This document shows positions 47,366 through 56,479 of a stretch of 58,612 bases of DNA, piece after piece. The stretch is from positions 1 to 58,612 of the IMG/VR virus record IMGVR_UViG_3300027833_000058, one strand, 5' to 3'. The notes below the pieces were generated by a model. It was not told the DNA's origin. It searched no databases and saw nothing but the letters and a program-made list of their open reading frames with translations. Positions within the stretch are counted from its first letter, which is position 1, and each line of letters opens with the position of its first letter. The DNA is from a virus (lineage: Duplodnaviria > Caudoviricetes). The position numbers and the translations under genes were made by a program.

Positions 47366-47905
47366 ATGGATCGGATCACAATGAAGAAGAAGGCTGCTCT
47401 AGGTTACTTTGATACCAATGCCAATGATGATGTTTGGCGTAAAATAGGTAGCTTCTCTAAGCTTGCTGTTTGGGTTGACGATTCTGATGAAGGTTATCTT
47501 GACGTTGAAGTGGTAGATAACAGTGTATCTCATAAAAGAAGCCCACAGCGTGTGAAGAGAGTGCTTAGAGTGCAGCTATCTGTTGGCAGTTTCAAGAATG
47601 CTTTCCATATTGATATGACTCAACTCGATCACAGATATGGTGGCCGTGGTATTGCTGCTAAGGCATACCGTTATATCATTAAGAAGTTAGGACTTACAAT
47701 ACAAGCTGGTACTGCTCAATCAAAAGGTGGCCGTAAAGTTTGGTTTGATCTTGCACAAATTAATGATTTGAATGTCTATGTTCAATCAAAGTATAGCAAA
47801 AAATATGTTGTTGGTATCGATACAGAAGAGCGTGAAGTATGGCATCCAATGAAAGAAATATATGACGGAGAAAAAGAAATGTATGTCTTTGCTACCGCAG
47901 CATAA
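47366..47905 (+). CDS. GNAT-like acetyltransferase fold protein
   Basis: YGGRGIA..AY motif A; QS.GG..VW. Confidence 0.55.
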   Translation: MDRITMKKKAALGYFDTNANDDVWRKIGSFSKLAVWVDDSDEGYLDVEVVDNSVSHKRSPQRVKRVLRVQLSVGSFKNAFHIDMTQLDHRYGGRGIAAKAYRYIIKKLGLTIQAGTAQSKGGRKVWFDLAQINDLNVYVQSKYSKKYVVGIDTEEREVWHPMKEIYDGEKEMYVFATAA

Positions 47906-47916
47906 TAAATAGTATT

Positions 47917-48243
47917 ATGGCTATTACATTATCAGCTGCTGCTGAAAAACATATTATCAGAAATCTATCTGAGCGAAAGCAAGGTGTGGGTGTCCGTCTT
48001 GGTGTTAAAACTACGGGATGCTCTGGTCTTGCTTATGTGATAGAATTTGTAGATACTGCTGAAGAACAAGACATTCTTTATAAGTGCGGCGAAATAGATG
48101 TGTTTGTTGATCCTAAAAGTAATGTGTATTTAAACGGAACTCAATTAGATTTTGTTAGAGAAGGTTTAAACGAAGGATTCATATTTAAAAATCCTAATGT
48201 AAGTGCTGAATGCGGATGTGGTGAAAGTTTTACAGTAAACTGA
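47917..48243 (+). CDS. iscA: Fe-S cluster assembly A-type carrier IscA
   Basis: GCSGLAY, F.NPN...CGCGESF. Confidence 0.93.
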   Translation: MAITLSAAAEKHIIRNLSERKQGVGVRLGVKTTGCSGLAYVIEFVDTAEEQDILYKCGEIDVFVDPKSNVYLNGTQLDFVREGLNEGFIFKNPNVSAECGCGESFTVN

Positions 48244-48281
48244 AATTAACTGTTGACAACCACTTTAAACTGTGATATAAT
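48242..48281 (+). promoter_or_regulatory. Early sigma70 promoter TTGACA-17-TATAAT
   Basis: Preceded by GAAATTAACTG. Confidence 0.8.
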
Positions 48282-48309
48282 ATATACATAATGATTAAGG
48301 AAGTTACTT

Positions 48310-48741
48310 ATGAATTTTGTTGAAGTTACTGGCGGTAAAGCTAAAGAGAGACAACTAGTTGAAGAAGTAACGTGTTGGTGTGTAAACAATATGCTACCTC
48401 GATACAGAACTTTAAATATAGAAGTTAATCTCGGTAATCTTAAAGATAGAGCAATGGGATATTGTTTAGAAGGCGATCATAATAGAGAGTTTAGAATAGA
48501 CATAAGAAAAGGTCTAGGTCTTTATGATCTAATAAGCACAGTGTGCCACGAGATGGTTCATGTTAAGCAATACGTAAAAGGTCAACTTAAGCATAGAACA
48601 GACGGTAGTCAAATGTGGAAAACCGAGCCTGATCTATCACAGGAAACTAACTACGAAGATACTCCTTGGGAACTTGAAGCTTTTGCTTTAGAGGAAGAAC
48701 TCGCTAAGCAATGTTTTAAAGAATTAAAATTCAACTTTTAA
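48310..48741 (+). CDS. Zincin-like metallopeptidase, second copy
   Basis: TVCHEMVHVKQ, Y...PWE.EA. Confidence 0.75.
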   Translation: MNFVEVTGGKAKERQLVEEVTCWCVNNMLPRYRTLNIEVNLGNLKDRAMGYCLEGDHNREFRIDIRKGLGLYDLISTVCHEMVHVKQYVKGQLKHRTDGSQMWKTEPDLSQETNYEDTPWELEAFALEEELAKQCFKELKFNF

Positions 48742-48797
48742 TGGTTGACAATTATAAATAAACATGTTATAATATATTTAAATAAGGAATTAAACGA

Positions 48798-49094
48798 ATG
48801 CCAGAAAATGTGCAAACACTATCATTGACAAGAATCAATGAGTTAATGGTAGAAGCTGGACACGAAACAATTGAGATACTAACTGCTACTTTTGTGGAAG
48901 TCAATGCCTCTAACGAAGCTCAGTACCAAGTAACTCATTTTAGTCCAGTAACAAGTGGCAATGTCCAAAATCACGTATTTGTAGATATTGATTTGCAAGG
49001 TGATACGAGACTGTTGTTTAATCCTATAGAAGAAGGTGAATTGTGGTTGCGACGTACTGAAGAAGAAATCGCTGCTGACAACGAAACAGAATAA
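48798..49094 (+). CDS. Hypothetical acidic protein
   Basis: AAGGA RBS; promoters upstream. Confidence 0.6.
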   Translation: MPENVQTLSLTRINELMVEAGHETIEILTATFVEVNASNEAQYQVTHFSPVTSGNVQNHVFVDIDLQGDTRLLFNPIEEGELWLRRTEEEIAADNETE

Positions 49095-49099
49095 CTATT

Positions 49100-49283
49100 C
49101 TCTGCGACCAGCCTTGAGCCAAATTATATTCGGGCCAAGCGCAAATTACGCAGAGCGGTAAAAGCAATATAGGCTGTTTATTGCTTTATATCGTAACCTA
49201 GGTAACAGCCTATACCTGTATTGCCCGTCGGTACAGGATTAAATCAAATCAGGGAGACCAGATAGTCACTTGATAGGGCGGGC
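49100..49283 (+). ncRNA. Candidate pseudoknotted RNA upstream of the co-chaperonin gene
   Basis: Multiple stems whose loops are complementary to downstream segments. Confidence 0.5.
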
Positions 49284-49314
49284 CAAATTCAAATACACTT
49301 TATTATGGAGACTT

Positions 49315-49575
49315 ATGAAGCCCACAAAACGTAACATACTGGTAGTAGATGCTGGTGAAGATACGAAAACCACTGCAGGTGGTATTATACTACAAACAAC
49401 TCTTGACACAGGATCTAAACCTGGATTTGTATTGGCAGTTGGTCCTTTAGCCGATCACATTAAACCTAAAGATAAGGTTGCACTAGATTGGAGCAAAGGA
49501 ATGCCTATAACAGTAAAGGGTGAAAAAGCTATACTGATAAATGAAGATTTTATTTTAGGTGTTTATAACGAGTAA
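49315..49575 (+). CDS. groES: Co-chaperonin, GroES/gp31-like (ATG at 49315)
   Basis: MKP....LV, TTAGGIIL mobile loop, G.VLAVGP, E..ILGV; GGAG RBS. Confidence 0.85.
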   Translation: MKPTKRNILVVDAGEDTKTTAGGIILQTTLDTGSKPGFVLAVGPLADHIKPKDKVALDWSKGMPITVKGEKAILINEDFILGVYNE

Positions 49576-49585
49576 AATGTTAAAG

Positions 49586-49625
49586 AATAGGGAGAGTCAT
49601 TATTTGGCTTTCCCTATTTTTTTAT
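49586..49625. terminator. Intrinsic terminator between convergent genes
   Basis: AATAGGGAGAGTCA...TGGCTTTCCCTATT followed by a T run. Confidence 0.75.
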
Positions 49626-49627
49626 TC

Positions 49628-49957
49628 TTAATTCTTGTTCTTGATTGCGTCAGCACCAAAGAATGCTGCAACTAAAGCTGAGATAGCGATAAAGTATGTC
49701 GGAGCAATATTTCCTACAATACCTGCTGCTTCATCTAAACCTAAGAATGATGTTGCCACGATGGCGAACGGATATAGTAACATGCCGAATAAAGCAAACC
49801 AAGTCATTTTACGCATGGCATCACGTTGAGCATCAGCGTCTTCCATTTCTTTGCGTTTAAACTCTAGGTGCATTGACATTTCTTCGGCTGAAATATGCCC
49901 GTCATTGTTTGCATCCATACCTTCAACTGCTGCGGCGTCGATTGTTTTCTTTGCCAT
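49628..49957 (-). CDS. Two-TM membrane protein with an EF-hand-like loop
   Basis: DANNDGHISAEE; two C-terminal TM helices. Confidence 0.7.
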   Translation of the reverse strand: MAKKTIDAAAVEGMDANNDGHISAEEMSMHLEFKRKEMEDADAQRDAMRKMTWFALFGMLLYPFAIVATSFLGLDEAAGIVGNIAPTYFIAISALVAAFFGADAIKNKN

Positions 49958-50012
49958 TAGTAATTCTCCTAATATAATTTAAATTCACATAACAAAGATC
50001 GACTCAATGTAG

Positions 50013-50024
50013 TATTTATAAATA
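50013..50024. promoter_or_regulatory. Palindromic bidirectional late promoter TATTTATAAATA
   Basis: Between divergent genes. Confidence 0.7.
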
Positions 50025-50067
50025 GAATTAACACCCCCGCTAATAGTCAATTTAAGGAGAGACGAAG

Positions 50068-50259
50068 ATGGCAATTAAAATAGCTAATCAAACAATAATC
50101 AGTGATGCACGTGAGTTGCAAAATATTGCGTCAACAGACGTAGATACACGAAATGCAATTAATAACGCGATTGCTTTACAAAGTAATGTTCTTACAATTT
50201 ATGATTCTTTAGGCAGCCCTGTTAGAGTGTTTTACGCAGCCAACGCCGTTATAACTTAA
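50068..50259 (+). CDS. Small virion/fibre-associated protein
   Basis: MAIKI....II.D.R.L.NI motif; late promoter; strong RBS. Confidence 0.6.
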   Translation: MAIKIANQTIISDARELQNIASTDVDTRNAINNAIALQSNVLTIYDSLGSPVRVFYAANAVIT

Positions 50260-50284
50260 ATCATTAATATGTGAGGAATAAAAA

Positions 50285-52468
50285 ATGGCGATAAGAAGAC
50301 CAGTATATTTGTTTGCTGACCCTACGCTGACCCCAATAACATCAGATTTTTATGAATATAACGATAGCTTTATGGCAGATATTCTGGCATTTGCTTCTTA
50401 CGTTCACGCACAAGATCCTGGACCAAAACTAGAAGTTAATACTTCAAACGGCACTCAGATGCCGAATCAAGGGTTTACAGATACTTATTATATTGCAGGT
50501 GCATCAACAACTCGAACAGAAAGATTTTCTACTGCAGCTGAAACACCTAATGTTTCTATGTCAACTGACACATATAATAGAATACGTATTGTTAATAATC
50601 AAGGTACGCTTCCAACAACGGATGCAAACAACTTAGAATATCCTTTGTATCTAACTGATGATACACCTAGACAATTACGAGCAATGACTCGACAAGATTT
50701 TCTGGATACATTTGTTACACCTGCTTTAGATAATTGGCTTGGTACAGTTGCAAACGAACAAGGTGGTACTTATTTCTTAACAACATCTGCTAACCCAGCA
50801 AATGCTACTATTGTTGGATCTGTTCCTGCCGCAGTAAACTCTGTTGCTAACTTAAGTGCATATTCATCTGGTGGTATTGGAGAAGCGGTCAAGCAAACAA
50901 CTGATATAAATTATTGGCTTGCTAAAGTAGATTATTCAGAAGTTGATTTTGATCCTATGGAAGACTCATTACCAATGTATTTCGACGCCGGTACTGAAAC
51001 AATCAGAATGCATACTCTCGCCAGTTGGACTGCTTTATTAGGTCCTTTCTTAAGATACTATCTTGGAGGCGGTTCTCCAACTCATACTATTTCATATAAC
51101 ATTAATGGAAGTGGTACAACACAAGGCTCAATCTTTACAGATTCTCGCCGTACTCCAACAGGTACTGGTTATACTACACGATATGTTAATGTAGACGATT
51201 ATAGAACTCAAGAATTTCCTACTGGTACAGAATCTACGATAGCAGGAACTGAGAAAAGATTAAAAATGCAAATTGGAGTGACTGAATCTATTGCTCTACT
51301 TGGTTCGTCTGCTACTCCACAAGAGTTCGACAGCTCTGGTCCTATAGATGATGGTGGATGGAAAGCACAAAACGGATTTACATTTACATCTTCAGGTAAT
51401 ATCGAAGAAAAAGATTATTTTTATGACGGAGCACAACAAACATTTAGTACTAGCGAATGGTGCAATGTTACTCCAACGGGTAATTACTGGATAAGATTTA
51501 CTGATGACACTGCTGCAACATCTGGTGGAACATCTCGTGTCCCTGCTACAGGTCAGAATTTCACAGAAACTGGTTCAACTGCAACGTATTGGAGAATATT
51601 ACAAGATTTCTTTGGTGTTTGGACAGATCTTAGTATAGTTGATAACGGTACACAGGTTTACTATCAACGATTCACGGGTCCAGACCGTCAAACTAATGCG
51701 GCGGCGGTTACATCGAAATACGTAGGTGCTAAGCAGTACTTCAGAGGAACAGTCGGGTCGTCTTACTCTTACACTGTAAATTATGGTATTTACTATACAC
51801 AACAGACCTCAACACGTGTTACTGCTAATGCTGGCTCTTCGTTTGGTACTTGGCTTGCTATGACTTCTGATAGAAGCATTTACTGGAACGATACGTCGGC
51901 GGCAGGTGCTTATGCCAGTCGTTTTATGCAAGTTAAAGTAGAAATTTCTGATGACGCAGCCGGTTCTAATATTTTAGACACTGGATATTATCGAACATCC
52001 TGGCATGGTGACCAAGCTGTAGAAGTACAGTTACCTTCTGCAATGAGTGCGGTCGCAGAAAGCAACGGCTTAAGCGGTTCCTGTAGTGCTTATATAGAGT
52101 GGAATCCATCCGGCACTACCGGTACCGCATTGGTGACTGGACTTGGTAATCCAGGCAGCGGTACTGGAACAGTTAGTTGGCTTAGTGCCGGTGCTACTGC
52201 TAGTGATTACGAAGTAAGATTTAGTTATACAGAATCTTTAACTGGTGGTGGTAGTACAACAGGATATACAAACACCACAAGCAACACCGGAATACCTACA
52301 ACAGGAGCTTGGTATGCTGCAGAGTCTCAACATCAATGGAAAGTCATCGATTCAGGGACACCATCGACAAACAGTAGCATAATCGGAACTGTTCAAATTA
52401 GACAACAATCTACTGGTACAGTACTAGCAACATCAAATGTCTCGCTTTCAGCGAATAACGACCCGTAA
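50285..52468 (+). CDS. Virion structural protein, fibre/baseplate-like
   Basis: Thr/Gly/Ser-rich, MA.RRP start, DDYR.QEFP.G motif; late operon. Confidence 0.65.
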   Translation: MAIRRPVYLFADPTLTPITSDFYEYNDSFMADILAFASYVHAQDPGPKLEVNTSNGTQMPNQGFTDTYYIAGASTTRTERFSTAAETPNVSMSTDTYNRIRIVNNQGTLPTTDANNLEYPLYLTDDTPRQLRAMTRQDFLDTFVTPALDNWLGTVANEQGGTYFLTTSANPANATIVGSVPAAVNSVANLSAYSSGGIGEAVKQTTDINYWLAKVDYSEVDFDPMEDSLPMYFDAGTETIRMHTLASWTALLGPFLRYYLGGGSPTHTISYNINGSGTTQGSIFTDSRRTPTGTGYTTRYVNVDDYRTQEFPTGTESTIAGTEKRLKMQIGVTESIALLGSSATPQEFDSSGPIDDGGWKAQNGFTFTSSGNIEEKDYFYDGAQQTFSTSEWCNVTPTGNYWIRFTDDTAATSGGTSRVPATGQNFTETGSTATYWRILQDFFGVWTDLSIVDNGTQVYYQRFTGPDRQTNAAAVTSKYVGAKQYFRGTVGSSYSYTVNYGIYYTQQTSTRVTANAGSSFGTWLAMTSDRSIYWNDTSAAGAYASRFMQVKVEISDDAAGSNILDTGYYRTSWHGDQAVEVQLPSAMSAVAESNGLSGSCSAYIEWNPSGTTGTALVTGLGNPGSGTGTVSWLSAGATASDYEVRFSYTESLTGGGSTTGYTNTTSNTGIPTTGAWYAAESQHQWKVIDSGTPSTNSSIIGTVQIRQQSTGTVLATSNVSLSANNDP

Positions 52469-52483
52469 ACAAGGAAATGAATA

Positions 52484-53065
52484 ATGGCAATTTTTAGTGA
52501 CAAAATAATAAATGCGGTTTACGCAAATCCTGAATATACTTTGATTAAAATCAGATACGAAGATGATGATGGCAATGTTTGCCCTCACGTGATAGACGTT
52601 GATCCAAACCATTCTGACTTTAAGGCTTTAGAAGCTGAGGGTTGGAACACTGAAAAATTAATTGATGAAACCGCAGAATTTCTTCGTGCACAATCTGCTG
52701 CTTGGAATACAGAAGTTAACGCAGCGGCACAGCAAATTGCACAAGAAATGATTGGTACAACTGTGCTTATAAAAGAAAAAAGTGAATTGGACGTAAAAGT
52801 TAAAGACGCTAAGATTGCTCTTGATAAGAGTCAAGAAAAGCTTGATAAACTTGGCAGTCAAGAGTTTGACACGATTCAACGTTCCAAGAATGCTATTTTC
52901 CAATTCTTGTGGGATGCAGATGATAACAAAGATGAGCTATTTAAATTTAAGCTTTGGGCGTTAGAGCTAGACTTTGTTAAGAGCGCAGATAAGTCTGTTA
53001 AATCATCTCTACGTAAAGCAAAAACAATTATTGATGGTTTAGTAATTTTAAAATCCATTAAATAA
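52484..53065 (+). CDS. Hypothetical protein
   Basis: Operonic; ELFKFKL.ALE...VK motif. Confidence 0.6.
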   Translation: MAIFSDKIINAVYANPEYTLIKIRYEDDDGNVCPHVIDVDPNHSDFKALEAEGWNTEKLIDETAEFLRAQSAAWNTEVNAAAQQIAQEMIGTTVLIKEKSELDVKVKDAKIALDKSQEKLDKLGSQEFDTIQRSKNAIFQFLWDADDNKDELFKFKLWALELDFVKSADKSVKSSLRKAKTIIDGLVILKSIK

Positions 53066-53066
53066 A

Positions 53067-54137
53067 ATGTGGTTTAATAATTATGAACGTGGTAAGCTCA
53101 CGTTAGATATAGAGCTTACCACAAATTGCAACGCGAAGTGCCCTCAATGTACTCGTACAGATACTGATAATAACCTTAATAGAATGTCGTGGCTAAAACT
53201 TAACCAAGTTTCAATCGACGATTTTAAGTCGTGGTTTACTCTGTCAGAAATCCAAAAAATTAAGCAATTCCATTTCTCAGGCACGTATGGTGATCCTGGA
53301 ATGTGCAAAGACTTGTACTTGATAGTAGAACATATTATTAATAATTCAAATGCGCATGTTTCTATTAACACCAACGGTGGTATGCGAGATGCTGACTTTT
53401 GGTTTGATTTGGGTGCTATTGGCCAAAAGCGTTTATCATTAATATTTGATGTTGATGGTATTAATCAGGAAATGCATCAGTTTTATAGAAGAGGTGTTAA
53501 ACTTGAAAAGGTATTAGAAAACCTCGAAGCTGCAGCAATGACCCCTGCTAAAATTGAAGTGCTTACTGTGTTATTTAAACATAACGAAGACTACCTTAAT
53601 GAAATACAAGAAATGTGCAGAGACTTAGGCGCAACTCACTTTGATAGTGTTGAAGGTAATAACTTTAAAGCTGGTCCAATATATAAATTTAATAATGAAC
53701 AAGGTAAGCCTGAACAACTAGAACAAATTATTAAAATAGAAAGCCATCAAGACGCAGCCAGACTTGACCGTAGAGTAAGAGATCATAGGCACGAAGCTGT
53801 TGCTAAAAATATTAAATGTGCGGCAGCCGAAAACTTTAATTTAAAAATTAATAGCGATGGAATGATTACACCGTGTTGTTATGTTTCAACAGCATTGGGA
53901 TGGGCATCAGGTATGCGAGACACTCATCCCATAGATGGTTATATAACTGATAGCGGAAATCATGGCGATGATATTAATCCGTTAATGAAAGAGTTTGTTG
54001 ATAGACGTGATGATTTTACATTAGGTAAAACTCAATTTGAAACAATTTTAAAAGATTCGTGGTTTTCTAAACAATTAGAAGAATCATTTAAATCTAGACC
54101 AGCGTTTGCTTGTAAAAAGGTGTGTAGTATATGTTAG
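53067..54137 (+). CDS. Radical SAM protein with SPASM/twitch-like C-terminus
   Basis: CNAKCPQC, G.YGDP, TNGG, C...G...PCC...C..VC. Confidence 0.9.
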   Translation: MWFNNYERGKLTLDIELTTNCNAKCPQCTRTDTDNNLNRMSWLKLNQVSIDDFKSWFTLSEIQKIKQFHFSGTYGDPGMCKDLYLIVEHIINNSNAHVSINTNGGMRDADFWFDLGAIGQKRLSLIFDVDGINQEMHQFYRRGVKLEKVLENLEAAAMTPAKIEVLTVLFKHNEDYLNEIQEMCRDLGATHFDSVEGNNFKAGPIYKFNNEQGKPEQLEQIIKIESHQDAARLDRRVRDHRHEAVAKNIKCAAAENFNLKINSDGMITPCCYVSTALGWASGMRDTHPIDGYITDSGNHGDDINPLMKEFVDRRDDFTLGKTQFETILKDSWFSKQLEESFKSRPAFACKKVCSIC

Positions 54138-55255
54138 CAGCTTGGGACTCAAATGACATTAGTGTCTTTATGGATATATCAACATATTGTAATGCTGGGT
54201 GTCCACAATGTCATAGGACAGATAACAACGGCTTGGGTAAAGTTGATTGGTTACCATTAGTACAATGGACAATTGATCAATTTAAAACTGCGTTCTCTGC
54301 AAAAACTATGAGTCATATTAAAAGATTTCATTTCTGTGGTACGTGGGGCGATCCCATTATGGTTAAAGATATTTTAAAAATTGTTAAGTACATTATTCAA
54401 TATAGCAATGCTCGAGTATCATTTGATACTAACGGAAGTATGCGTAGCGAAGAATTTTGGTGGGACCTCGGAGTATCTGGTGGTGATAGATTAACGTTGC
54501 GCTTTGATGTTGACGGTATTAATCAAGAGATGCATCAACACTATCGTAGATTTACAGACTTAAGTAAAGTTCTTAATCATATGAGTATTGCTTCACAAAC
54601 AAATTGTAAAGTTGCTGCTCAAACTATTTTGTTTAAACATAACGAAGATTATAAAAATGAGATTAAATCTTTATGCGAAAAGCATGGATCTAAAGCTCAC
54701 GTATTTGTATCAAGCGACAGATTTAAACCCGGCCAAAACGCAACACAGCACACAGATGAAAACGGTAATGCTTTTATACTCGAAAAAGCCGGTACTAAAG
54801 TTATAGCAACGGACAATATAATACCTGTTAAATCAATTAAAGAACAACCAAAAAATATTGTAATACCTGTTAAGCCAGCACCAGTTAAAGAACAACCAAA
54901 GGTATCTGCAGCAGTAACTCAACCAAAACATGATATTGAGTGTGCTTGGGCTAAACCTCGTAATGAAATTATAGTAAGCTATGACGGTCAGGTGTTACCT
55001 TGTTGTTATCACCAAAACAATTATCATACAAATAGAAATTACTTTATAGACAGAGATCCATTATATACAGAATACGAAGATAATAAATTAAAATATAATG
55101 TTTTGCACGAACCTTTAAAAGATATTATAGATAGCAAATGGTGGAGCGGCACACTTGTTGATAGCATAGCAAACAATCCCATAAGAACTTGTATTGTAAA
55201 CTGTGCTAAGAAAACAGGTAATGCTAAAAACCAAAAAAGAGTACATATGAAATGA
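54131..55255 (+). CDS. Radical SAM protein with SPASM/twitch-like C-terminus (paralog)
   Basis: CNAGCPQC, GTWGDP, TNGS, PCC. Confidence 0.9.
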   Translation: MLAAWDSNDISVFMDISTYCNAGCPQCHRTDNNGLGKVDWLPLVQWTIDQFKTAFSAKTMSHIKRFHFCGTWGDPIMVKDILKIVKYIIQYSNARVSFDTNGSMRSEEFWWDLGVSGGDRLTLRFDVDGINQEMHQHYRRFTDLSKVLNHMSIASQTNCKVAAQTILFKHNEDYKNEIKSLCEKHGSKAHVFVSSDRFKPGQNATQHTDENGNAFILEKAGTKVIATDNIIPVKSIKEQPKNIVIPVKPAPVKEQPKVSAAVTQPKHDIECAWAKPRNEIIVSYDGQVLPCCYHQNNYHTNRNYFIDRDPLYTEYEDNKLKYNVLHEPLKDIIDSKWWSGTLVDSIANNPIRTCIVNCAKKTGNAKNQKRVHMK

Positions 55256-55872
55256 ATATTATTTTTGTCAAGCACGGTGATAAGTATAGTGCAGAACACG
55301 TGAATAAGTTGTACCATCAACTAATGCAATATTATCCAGATGCAGATTATCTATGTTACACAGACGATCCAACCGACGTTTGTATTCCTTGTATGCCGGT
55401 TTTAACTAAACCAACTCTAAAGTTCTGGTGGAATAAGCTTGCTTTATTTAGCGAGGATCTTGTTCTTGCTGGCATTAAAGGTAAGTGTTTATATTTTGAT
55501 TTGGATATGGATATTAAAGAAGATCCAACTAATTTTATTAAGTGGGGTGGGCTTAACATACTTGACGCGTATTGGAAAGCTGATATGTATATACCCAAAC
55601 ATGCTTACGACGTTCGTATAAATAGTTCTGTAATCACTTGGACTGTCGGTGAACAAAATCATATCTGGGATCACTTTCTGTCTAACAAAGACTACTTTAT
55701 GAGAAAGTATGCTGGGATTGATAGATTCTTAGTACACGAAAACATAGAATTTAATACTCACTACGATGGCATTGTAAACAGTGTTGCGAATGAATTTAAA
55801 AATGCACCAATTGATATGTATAATGGAATAAAATATGACGTTGAAAGAAACACTATACAAGAATGCTCTTAA
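55252..55872 (+). CDS. Glycosyltransferase, GT-A fold
   Basis: K.G.KY, C.TDD, WWNKL.LF, YFDLD, NSSV. Confidence 0.75.
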   Translation: MNIIFVKHGDKYSAEHVNKLYHQLMQYYPDADYLCYTDDPTDVCIPCMPVLTKPTLKFWWNKLALFSEDLVLAGIKGKCLYFDLDMDIKEDPTNFIKWGGLNILDAYWKADMYIPKHAYDVRINSSVITWTVGEQNHIWDHFLSNKDYFMRKYAGIDRFLVHENIEFNTHYDGIVNSVANEFKNAPIDMYNGIKYDVERNTIQECS

Positions 55873-56479
55873 AGCAATAGAAGAAATATACGTTAACTCA
55901 AAGTATGATCCTAACGTAGATTTGTATCGTAGCTTTGATATAATCAATTCTGTAAACGAAAATCAAATCAAAAACAAAGAATGGTTAGTAGATACTTTGC
56001 TGCCATACATTGACCAAGATAAGCTCAAGCACGTAGTAATACTTGGCAGCTGGTACGGCTTGCTATCAGTAATGTTACAACCAAAACTATCACCTGATAT
56101 TGAAATACGTAATGTTGATTCCGACAAACAAACACTTATGTTTGGAAGAAAGTTAATACAAGATATGGATTTTAATAATATTGTATTTGAAGAGGATGAT
56201 GCTGGAGAATACTTTTTTGAAAAGTCTGATAAATTCCAACTCATTATAAACACTAGCTGCGAGCACATGGAACAAGATGATTTATCTCTTATAATATCTA
56301 TGAAACCTAGAGATACATTAATATGTTTTCAAGGCAATAACTATGATAGCATACAAAGCCATATTAATACACACGATAGTTTAGAAAGCTTTGTTGACTC
56401 ACTGGGGTTATATAAAGTTTATCACAGTGAAACTCTCGAGATGGAAAACTACAATAGATACATGGTGATTGGTATATGA
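55835..56479 (+). CDS. Class I SAM-dependent methyltransferase-like protein
   Basis: ILGSWYG, VD.D, INTSCEHM. Confidence 0.7.
   Translation: MTLKETLYKNALKAIEEIYVNSKYDPNVDLYRSFDIINSVNENQIKNKEWLVDTLLPYIDQDKLKHVVILGSWYGLLSVMLQPKLSPDIEIRNVDSDKQTLMFGRKLIQDMDFNNIVFEEDDAGEYFFEKSDKFQLIINTSCEHMEQDDLSLIISMKPRDTLICFQGNNYDSIQSHINTHDSLESFVDSLGLYKVYHSETLEMENYNRYMVIGI

Noticed and set aside
49270-49314. N-terminal extension of the GroES-like ORF
   Set aside because: RBS and homology begin at ATG 49315; the extension overlaps structured RNA
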